A DNA stretch of 60,000 nt from Lytechinus pictus (taxonomy: Eukaryota), in contig NC_087245.1 of the NCBI RefSeq assembly GCF_037042905.1, positions 19,780,001-19,840,000 on the forward strand, in the 5' to 3' direction. Position 1 is the stretch's first letter. The number at the start of each line of letters is the position of its first letter. Below, one piece after another: positions 50,169 to 60,000 of the stretch. Both the position numbers and the translations under genes were made by a program. Under the pieces are notes generated by a model. It searched no databases, was not told the origin of the DNA, and was given only the letters and a program-made list of their open reading frames with translations.

Positions 50169-53100
50169 TATACCATATGTAAAATACATTTTAAAACATT
50201 ACAAACAAGTCAACATTGTATCCATAAACATTATTACATCAAATCAAATGACTATAAAAATGTAAGATATTCAAGTACATAAAACAAGTCAAATAATAAG
50301 ATACAGAAATATGACGGTGTAATTATTTCAGTAGAATTTGATGAAACTGGTGATTTAGAGATCCAAGGAACTAAAGCAGACAAAATAATCTTTTAACAGG
50401 ATTTTTTCCTGAGGGGGCTGGGGGAGAACTTATGCTGTGTATACTGTATATTGTACACAATATTCACAAATTTGCTTGAAGACAATAAAAAAAAAATCAA
50501 GTGTTTCTAAGCTTGATATTTCAATGTCTCCCTTTGGGAGGGGGGGGGGTGTTAAAATCTTCTCAGAAAACTTTGCATCATTATTTTAAAAAAAATCTTG
50601 ATTCAATGAGGGTTAGATCAAATATACTTTGCAATGCGTAGGTCCATGAATGCAAGGGTGTGTTCAATGTCGTTTTTCAACTTAAAACGGCAACATGAAT
50701 CATGACTGAAATCTCAATTAGAAAACACCGAACACGAAAACAATCAGCGGTGCACTGTTCAGTGTAAAAAATATAAAGGTTTTAAATGTTGATCATCTTT
50801 AAATTTCCCGCTTCCGTTAGTGCAGCTCTAGTGCGCAGTTTGAACCATCACAAGAAAGGTTAGTTCTGGCACCTGTTTGTGTAGGCTTCCACTGCAAGAG
50901 CAAATTTAAAGACATTTCAAAACTCAATTGCGTTCAATGTCGCATTCGCGATGCTCAAGGTCATCAAATTGGAACTGATCACGTTTACAAACGCATCTTT
51001 TTTTACGTTTAAATTTTCCTCCAAATCGTGATTTGAAAGACTTTTACTTTTTACGACTGGCAATATAGCACATTTGTCTTTGCCTCTCATTATATCCATG
51101 TTTTGTAATCATGATTTATTTTGCCGTTTGAATTTGGAGACCGACAATGAACACACCCCAAGATTGACACAGACACACAACGGGGAGACCCAAGGGGTAA
51201 CATGCCCTAATCACGTGTGTATGAGTATGCAGACACTCATAATTGGGTCAACCAAGAAGGAGGGACGAAAATACATATAACAGGAGCACGAGAATTTATT
51301 TTCAGCATCCTTGTAAACCAGAATGCAACCGTGAAAAGAGAAAATAAATTGACATTTATGGGTTGACTGTGACTCACACCACAGTCCATCATGTAGCCTT
51401 GCATGCTCTCGATCATGTACTAAGTAGGTTTTTGAAGGTATCTTCAATGTGCAAACACATTCTCGTTACCAAGACTATGGCGAGGTCAGTGAAAGTGCAG
51501 AGTTCATTATTGATCCTACTCTCTATCAACATGGAAACATACAGTGTGATACAAGGCTGGAGGGAATCAACAAGGAAACATGACTGCAATAGGTCTGTAT
51601 TCACAATGTATGTTCAGGAAAACAGATTATTAAGACAAAAAAAGAAACGGATAGGGAATGCCACATTCTAGCTAGTTCCCCAACATGCTGTTCGTATTTG
51701 TCATGCATGTGATTAGGGGCCAACTTCCTTCCTCCATTGTAATGATCAGTCAAATTCGATGACAATAATGTTAAATAAAAGTATGGCTACATATAAACAT
51801 ATGCCGGCCTTGGATTTGTTGATTTCACATTGCCAGAGACATTAATAGATCATGAAATACATACATTAACATCATCTATTTCATTCTTAAGAAGAGCCCC
51901 TTCATTGATGTGATACGCACACTAGTGAACATCTTTAATTGAATAAAAACTGATTTTTTTTTTTTATAGAATGATCTGATGCTGTTATTGCTTACTCTGT
52001 AAAATCATGTAGAGCGTAAAAGACCTTACCTTTTCCAAATGATTACCTTGCTACTGTAAATTGTGAGTGGGGTTGCAATTGACGCAGAGAAAAAGAGAGG
52101 GGAAGGATGTAGTGGGGGGGGGGGCTTACAGATGAATGGGGAGAGTACATTCATTGGAAGGTGGAGAGGGGACAAGAATTGCCCTGCTTTGATCTACAGA
52201 TGGCAGCATTACATTCTTTTCTCAATTCATTTTATATCCATGGTTGATCTAATCATTGACCTATTACTAGGTCTTATCTTATCAATATATTACTTAATGC
52301 ACTCTTATTATGGTAGAGTATGGGAACCAAAGACTAGGTTGTGCAATCTTGTATGCCAAAGGAAATGGGTCACACACTTCGAAATGGAAAGGATATCTTG
52401 AAGGTCAAGTTCAAGCCTTTCATTGGTCCTAATAACCTGACCCACTTTAACACAGTCTCCAAACACAGACCCTTATCTTGTGTGTTAAAGGATGAATTGG
52501 AGAGTGTCTGAACTCTGAGATTGTGGAGACTACAGTGGGTCCCCCTAAATGCCTGCATTTATCATCTCTTTTATGGGTCAGATTTAAGATTTTATAATAT
52601 GTTTTAAGAAACTTTTTGCAGTTGATACTATATAGGTGTTTTAATTATAAGGTTCAAAAAGCCTTATTAATTGCACAAATTTGTGCGAGTTGAAATTTAT
52701 GCGTTTGAGCTAGAAATGCATTCATCAAAGGTGTTATAAAACATTTTTACTTCAATCATTCATTTTCAACATGCTTCTGGTTGTTGAGAAAATATACAAG
52801 CCACACCATAGCCATGAGCAAAAAAAAAATTTTTTGATTGATAACAATATATCATTGTAAAATGTTTATTGAATTTTGTCTTTAATAGTTACATGTCCCT
52901 GCTTCTTATAGTATGATGGCCTACTTTGCCTCAATGGCCACTTCTAGTATGCGTAGATATCTTAATCAGAACCAAGCATCTATTTGTAACTTGATAGGAC
53001 CTCTCTTTCTCTGTTACTGCTTAGTTTATTTTTTTAAGTTCTTAATGTGTGTTCTCTTGGACAGTTATGAAATACATGTACATTGTATGTATGACATTGA

Positions 53101-53677
53101 CTGATATAATATGCTGTAATGATTCCTTAAATTGATTGCCGCATATGTCCAAGCAACGTGACTTGATCGAGGGAATACAGCTATTTGTCGGTGAAGACGT
53201 CAGTCATAAGATGAATCTTGTTGTCATGTTAGCTTCTTGAGGAGCGTCATTAAAAAAAAAATGAAAATCTTCAAATCTTTTCTTTGTGGCTCACATTCAG
53301 TCCACGCGAGTATTGGATTTGAAGCCATATAGTTATAAACCAACATTTATTTGTACTTTTTTATTAAAAACATTGAATTGAATTACATTCAAATTGTTTT
53401 TGTCATTGTTCCTCTTTTTATTTTTATTTTTTTTACATTTTGTTTTGCATCCACTCTAGATTTTGGAGGAAAGAATCTGATCTCCCTTTTGTTATCAGTA
53501 TTTCTACTTTCTCTGATATTTTATTTCACAATCCTTTGGGTAATTCTATCCACTTTTTCTTTTTGTTTTACTTTTAGTAAAATGAGAAAGTGGATTATAA
53601 TGAATATTGATTTGTATCAATACAACTTAGTAATGGATTAATTGAATTCTCTCATTGATTGTGTTGTTACAGGTTGA

Positions 53678-53785
53678 ATGATGATGACGTCGATATCAAC
53701 CAGTGGGTATGCAGTCTTATGCCGTGTGTGTGGAGACAAAGCCTCCGGGTTCCACTATGGTGTGCATGCATGTGAAGGCTGCAAG
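53678..53785 (+). CDS. NR1D (Rev-erb/E75)-like nuclear receptor, coding exon 1 (start codon and zinc finger 1)
   Basis: Acceptor AG at 53671-72, then an in-frame TGA and ATG. Encodes [36 protein letters not shown] (P-box CEGCKG). Donor GTAAG at 53786. Confidence 0.95.
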
Positions 53786-54243
53786 GTAAGATGGATTCTA
53801 AAGTATTTCATGGATTTGGGGGAAATGCACAAAAATTGATAGTTTTTGTTTGATTGATTGATCAAATTGAAGTCTTGACTAGGCTGTCAAAAATAAAAAC
53901 ATGCAAGGATGGAGTATGAGATACGATGTAGTAATTTCTCTTGAGCAGGGATATGATAGGGACATTGATTTATATTTGCCCCCCCCCCTTTTCCTACCCT
54001 TGCCACCAACACAATGTAAAATTACAAAGAAAACTATCAGATAATTTTGTTAATACGGTACCTATTAATTATGATGGATAAATTGATTTTGTATCAACTT
54101 TTTCATGTAGCAACATTCCTGCAAATTTCAATTCACAATCAAATATCTTTTTGCGATAGTTGTTTATCTGTCTCATCCATTGATCTGAAATGTGATTGAT
54201 GGGTAATTCACATTTATCTTTGCTGGTTTCTTTGAACTGATAG

Positions 54244-54388
54244 GGTTTCTTTCGAAGAAGTATCCAACACAATGTGAAATATCGGGTGTGTAGTAAGGGA
54301 GACGAGTGCCTGATCATGAGAATTAATAGGAACAGATGTCAGTACTGTCGTCTCAAGAAGTGCCTTGCAGTCGGGATGTCCAAAGATG
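54244..54388 (+). CDS. NR1D-like nuclear receptor, coding exon 2 (zinc finger 2)
   Basis: TAG acceptor. Encodes [48 protein letters not shown]. Phase-1 donor GTAAG at 54389. Confidence 0.95.
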
Positions 54389-54819
54389 GTAAGAAATTAA
54401 AACAAGACTTTACTCCTCAAATGCAACTGGAATAAAAAACAATCAAACACAAAACAAAGTATTAACTCATTGGTTAGACTGTGCCCAGAGGACATGTGCT
54501 GCCACATAGTCATTTGTGCTCAAGAATGATAGTGACATTCATTCACACTAACCCTTTGTCAGCCCCAGAATTCTGTGCACAGCATAAATGAGGGCCAATT
54601 GTAGCAATATTGATGGTGGAGTGAAACAGCCAATCAAATTCAAGTTTTCTTTGGAAGTTGCCATTGATGACTAAGATACAATCAATTCCTAGTCATGTAC
54701 AGTAGTACCAAAAACATTGTCATGTCACCCTCTCTTGCACTCATAATCAACACCAGACAGTTCAGTGTTTATTGATAAAAATCTTCACATTATTTTGCTC
54801 CATTCTTATCATTTTGTAG

Positions 54820-55034
54820 CTGTCCGACTTGGTAGATGCCCCAAGAAGTGCAAACCCCAGGGTTTGTTGATGCCCTCCCCGCCCCGCTCTCCTGCAGGGG
54901 ACGGGGACACCAGTGCCCTGGAGGACTCACAGATGAAGACTGAGCAGCTAATACTCAGCATCCATGAGGCACAGAAGAAGACCTTATGGGATTGGGGCAT
55001 CCTACAGTGTAGGAGTTACAACCTCTTATCGCAG
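54820..55034 (+). CDS. NR1D-like nuclear receptor, coding exon 3 (C-terminal extension and hinge)
   Basis: TTTGTAG acceptor, phase-compatible. Encodes AVRLGRCPKKCKPQG...EQLILSIHEAQKKTLW...LLSQ. Donor CAG|GTGAG at 55035. Confidence 0.92.
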
Positions 55035-55484
55035 GTGAGATGGTCTGCCTGACATAGCACACATACATGTATTCTGGGATTTTAAGAAGACATTTTATTA
55101 TTCTTTGATTCAGCTGGGTTCAGCTTGAGGAGGGGGAGAATTCCTGGGTCAAAAGGCCCCGATCCAAGGAGTCCTTCAGCATTCATGTCTTTGTGATTAC
55201 TGAGGGCAAAAACAATATAACCTTTACCTTAGATATAACCTACTCTTAACCCACTCCCAAGCGCTATCATTGTCTGTGGCCGCAGAACTAAAACAGCATA
55301 GCAGATTATCTTTAATATCTGCTTGAGATGAAACATTGATGATTATTATGTTGTTCTTCTATGGTAAACTTCAGAGGGCTCTGCAGCCTCAAAGATGAAG
55401 GAATTAAAAAAAAAAATAAAAGTAAATGAAAATTCTGTTGGTGGTACTAATATTGTTGACCTATTTCTCCCATGTCCCAATCAG

Positions 55485-55893
55485 GTTTCAGATAACAATA
55501 ACAATAATGGAGACAGCGTAATGGCAACCCGTTCAAAGATCATCAACAACCTCATCACCAACAACTTCACGGCGTCCATCACCCGCATCATCAGCTTTGC
55601 CAAACTAGTTCCGGGTTTCCTAACGTTAGACAAGTCAGACCAGATCACGCTACTCAAGCAGGGCTCGCTGGAAATCCTCCTGGTGCGGCTGGCTCACTAT
55701 CTAAACACTAAAGAAGAGGGCGCCAAACTCATCGAGAGCTGCCAGTCGGCTTGCCAAATGCTGGAGGAGTGCGGCCTGATATCGATCAAGGAGATCATGC
55801 TGGATGTGGTCGACTTTGCAGAGAAATTCAAGGCATTGGGTATCGTGACAAGCGAGGTCGGACTCTTCACTGCAATTATCCTCCTCAGTGCAG
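55485..55893 (+). CDS. NR1D-like nuclear receptor, coding exon 4 (ligand-binding domain H3-H8)
   Basis: CAG acceptor. Contains the LBD signature FAKLVPGFLTLDKSDQITLLKQGSLEILLVR and EVGLFTAIILLSA. Phase-1 donor GTAAA at 55894. Confidence 0.92.
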
Positions 55894-56699
55894 GTAAATG
55901 CTTTTGCTTGTCTTTTTTAAACAGAACTTTAATCTCTTTCCAGAGTTGAGAGTAAGTATAAATGATTTCACTTTGAAGACTAACTAACAAATGAATTAGG
56001 AATTCAATTTAGGTTACAAGTATTGATCCAGTGCATTTCAGTGCAAACTGCAGACTTCTATTGGCGTAACTCCCATTATATTCTAATTGATATTTATAAA
56101 ATTTCAAATTTCAGGTTCAAGAACATTACCCGGTATATTGCTCAAAGAAATTATTAAGATATGATGTTGCAAGAATTCCCTCAAAAGGAATTGAATGAGA
56201 GAGTGTACGTATATTTCTTTGCTTCTGTGTGCATCTGGATACATGTACATAATATATTGGTAAATGAAGAAAAAAAAATGCATTTCCTTATGTTGCATAG
56301 CTGGGCAAACCTCCAACAATTAGGCCTACAGTGTCATTACATTTGTCATTTGTAATATATTGTCAGAGTATTTGTATTTCTGAGGACTTTGGAAAACACA
56401 AAGCAATGGGGTGTTTACTTAATATCGCTATATCAGGCAACCCATGCTCTATTAATCCATTGGTGAAAGAAGTGTGAAGACCTAATTCAACTGATCACTC
56501 TGTCGGGATCAACCCATACCCCACTAGCATGCTATTAATTCCTGGTTAAAGTGCAATACCCCACCTTGCTAGATACATGATAGGCAAGGAAAAAGATTGG
56601 TTGCTAGAATGCGATGACAGATTGGTAAGGTTAAACCCCTTCTTGAAAGTAGGTCGCTCGTAGTGACTTCACAAAGGGCTTTGCAAGTTCACCTCGAAA

Positions 56700-57300
56700 C
56701 TTTTCATTTCCTTTCCTCTTATTTATATCCTCTTATTTCTCTCCTTTTCCACAAATTTTTCTTTCTTTTTCAGCCTTTATTTTCTGCCTCTTTCCTTCAT
56801 CTAATCCATATCTCTTCCTTTTACTTATTCTCTCTTTCCTCTCATCTCTTTCCATCCATGCTTCTTCTTTCCAAGTTTACCCTTCCATATCTTCTAATCC
56901 TAATCCTTCTCTTTTTCTAACATTCCTCTCCTCTTTACCTCTGAATGTTTTTTATTCTGTCTTTCTCTCTTTGTCTTCCACTTCTCTGGATATGTCTTAT
57001 TTTCCCTTTCTCTATCCCTTATTTTCATTCCAGGATATATCTCAATTTATCTCGTATCTATCCTGTTTCTTGACACCTCCCTGTTTTAATTAGCTTTCTC
57101 CTTTCCTTTATATGTCATCTTTGTCTATTTATCTCTCTCTCTCTCTCATAATTATTCACTTCTCCTGTTCTCTTCAGAACATCATTGTCCATATTTAATA
57201 TATTTATTTACCAATTATTTATTATATTCCTATCTCCTTTCATCATTATCTTTTACTCTCTTTTCCTTTTCTATAAACTAAACTTTCATTTGTGTCTATC
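56700..57300 (+). repeat. Pyrimidine-rich low-complexity tract in the last receptor intron
   Basis: Strong C/T skew over about 600 bp. Confidence 0.7.
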
Positions 57301-58911
57301 TACTGCACTACTACACTATATTTCCCTCTCAATCCAAAATTTGACTCCAATATTCTTGAAAAATTATAGTAAAAAGACGTATTCATACCAAGATAATGGA
57401 TTTAAATTGAACCTTTGTGTCTGAAAATTGAGCAAAGAAGCGATGATTCATATTAACCTGTATAGTACATAACAAAACGATTGGATGCTGTAATGCCATG
57501 ATATCAAATCAAAAAGGATTATTAATTCAAGCATAGTTTAGGGATATGCATTGACTGACTGACGCACCATGGTGCACTTGAACTAGAGCTAGAAGTGGGT
57601 CATGAAAACAAAACAGAGAAAAAGGGAACAACACGGTACTGTGGGCTTCGTCGATGATTCAATCACTTCTGCTTCCTTTTATAGTCAATTCTAAGGCCAC
57701 CATAGATCATGAACCCAGGGCAAATGTGTGTCAGTCAGGCCAAATACCACGTCTTGCTGTTCTGATTTTTGCATTATTTAAGGAAAGCAAAAGTTAAAGT
57801 CGTCCCTGCCCCTGCCGCAGCGCTTGCTTCTAAAGGTGACTTGCAAACCAGGGTTCCGTGCATTGTTTGGTGAACGGTTGCCAAGATATGCAGTTTTTCT
57901 GTTAATTTCAGTTCTATTGTATTTCATTTATGCCCCGAGGATGGGGATGTAGGCCTAATGGTGCAGTGACGCATGATATTTCCATAAAAATGGGCAATTG
58001 TTTGCATCATTTACACCGAGAGATGGAAGTTTAACTTCTGCCTCCCCAATTTGAGGATGATATGGGCCAGCAACACACAATTTCCAACTATTTCTTATTG
58101 ATGCTTTATCCAGGAGTACCAAAATGGTATAATTATCTCTCATCGTTTGCATTTAGAGTTGCTAAGACTTCAATGTCTAAATAACCATTAGCACACACAC
58201 ATATATATCCTTGAGAAGGAATTCACAATCATTTTAATTTCATTTTCATACAGTAAAAATCCTATTGCTCAATAGCAATGAGAAAGTAGGAGGAGACTGA
58301 TATATGGCCCTCTGTATTACTGTATTTCCATTTGCCCTCCCTGGTATGCCCATGAACTTCCGCCGAGAAGTATGTCATGACAGGACCTACTTTAGCTATT
58401 AGGGAGAAAACGTCCTGTGGCCTAGCCATGCTGTGGGCGCTCTGTTTATTTGGGTATGGGTGTATGCGTGTGAGTGTGTGGTCTGTGTCGTCTCTTACAC
58501 AGACCACATTATCGATTGTTCACCTTACGGTAGAATGGTTAACCTAGATTCTGTTCTAATTCAGATTCAATGCCTTATAAACCTTGAAATATTCAGAGGG
58601 AGAGACATTGGATGGTATATCTTAGCAAGAAATACAAATAAAAACAACAGAAGCATCATACATTCGAGGAAAATCTAGTTCATATTGTCATGTTTCGAAG
58701 AAGATTTTATTTCAGTGATGAAAAGTGATTAAGAATGAATCAAAGGTTATTTTTGTACATGTAGATAAAAGTTGATCACAAATTTTTTTTTCTTGAAATT
58801 TGTTTGAGATTCTGTTCATTATACATTGAAATTTAAACGTTAGATGGGCTAATTTTTATTCTTCAATTATTTTATTCACTTATTCATCAAATATTCAGTA
58901 ATATAGACAGT

Positions 58912-59200
58912 ATTGTCTAGTGGTTACGATTCTTGTCTTTCAATCTGATGGACGTGGGTTCAAATCCCAGCCATGATATGTTTTCCTTCAGCAAGAAATT
59001 TACCCACATTGTGCTGCACTCAACCCAGGTGACATTAATGGGTACCGGGCAGGAATTTATTCCCTAAAATGCATGTTCACTGTAGATATTTACGGCTGCC
59101 AAGCTAAAGCTTGGGTAATAATATCCAAGTCCTTTCAAAGCACCTATAGATGTTATAATCATAATGTAATATGCACTATACAAGAACTGTGTATCATTAT
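58912..59200 (+). mobile_element. tRNA-derived SINE in the last receptor intron
   Basis: TTGTCTAGTGG A-box-like motif, GGTTCAAATCCC B box, and the core shared with the 2060 and 34884 copies. Confidence 0.75.
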
Positions 59201-59463
59201 TTTTACTCATAAGGCCAAAAAAGAAGCCACAACATGTTAAAGCCCCGTATGTTCTGTACCATTTAAAATCATGAAATGGGAAATTGGCAGGGACTGAATC
59301 AGGCAAAAGCCTGTAGCTTGGCTTCTCTTTTTATTAGACTATTTTGCAATATTTATATACTTGTATGTTTCATTTCAAAGCCACAATAACTAATATCTTT
59401 GTGTGGATTTGGTAATCGATTCAGCTAACAAATTCTCTCATATTTTTCTTTGGCCATTTACAG

Positions 59464-59663
59464 ATCGTCCTGGGCTGAAGTACCCTCATCAGATAGAACC
59501 GCTGCAGCTTCAGGTCATACAGGCCCTGCAGTCACAGGTCATGCACAACCATCCCAATGACCGTTCCGTGTTCCCTCGTCTCGTCACCAGACTATCAGAC
59601 GTCAGACAATTCAGCGTCATCAACTCTGACAAGATGCTCAATATTTTTGATGGGGGAAAATGA
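59464..59663 (+). CDS. NR1D-like nuclear receptor, last coding exon (LBD H9-H11, no H12)
   Basis: TTTACAG acceptor. Encodes DRPGLKYPHQIEPLQLQVIQALQSQVMHNHPNDRSVFPRLVTRLSDVRQFSVINSDKMLNIFDGGK then TGA. All exon phases join to about 358 aa. Confidence 0.93.
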
Positions 59664-60000
59664 GGCACTGCTCCTTAGAACAATCATGTATTAAAGACAG
59701 TTGAAAGGAACTTTGTATTAAGAGATAGATGACTGACGGCTCTGTGCGGACTATAGAGGGCAGTGTTTATTGTGGCCATGTCAATCATAAGGACCATCGA
59801 GAGAATGAAGAGATAGTGTTTGTAGTGACATAGTTACAGACCACCGTCTGAACATGTGTGTCTCGTCCGATGCTAGGAGGGTTTTCTCATCATATCACCA
59901 CTTTGTCCCCCATGACTGCAAAGACTCATAATTTTGACAATTTCTTTCCAAGCTGCGCTATGAATGAATATCAATGAGCAACTGAGGGATGTTTCACAAA

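Noticed and set aside
55395..55484. In-frame extension containing LPCP, resembling the Rev-erb heme Cys-Pro motif
   Set aside because: It lies in the polypyrimidine tract of intron 3. The upstream CAG acceptors I checked (55374, 55386) are out of frame with exon 3.

Overview
AT-rich, intron-containing animal genomic DNA; the repeat landscape suggests an echinoderm such as a sea urchin (inference). Most listed ORFs are spurious. Two protein-coding genes are supported. (1) Coding exon 1 of DNA primase small subunit (PRIM1), minus strand, 13886-14024, with an E2F site upstream; I could not find exon 2 in the 13.9 kb downstream. (2) A complete five-coding-exon NR1D (Rev-erb/E75)-like nuclear receptor, plus strand, 53678-59663, about 358 aa, probably with non-coding 5' exons from about 40 kb. 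The receptor lacks helix 12 as Rev-erb does, but has Asn at the heme-ligand His position and an altered GRIP box. Its upstream region carries E-boxes, D-boxes and ROREs, the three circadian cis-element classes. The rest is dense with non-autonomous transposons. These include an 11.5-kb TA-flanked Tc1/mariner-type element with no visible transposase and several nested insertions, hAT, Harbinger-, CACTA- and Kolobok-like MITEs, tRNA-SINEs and a Helentron-like element. There are also several 11-41 bp P/Galileo-like remnants with 7-bp target duplications. All calls were made by eye; no searches were run.
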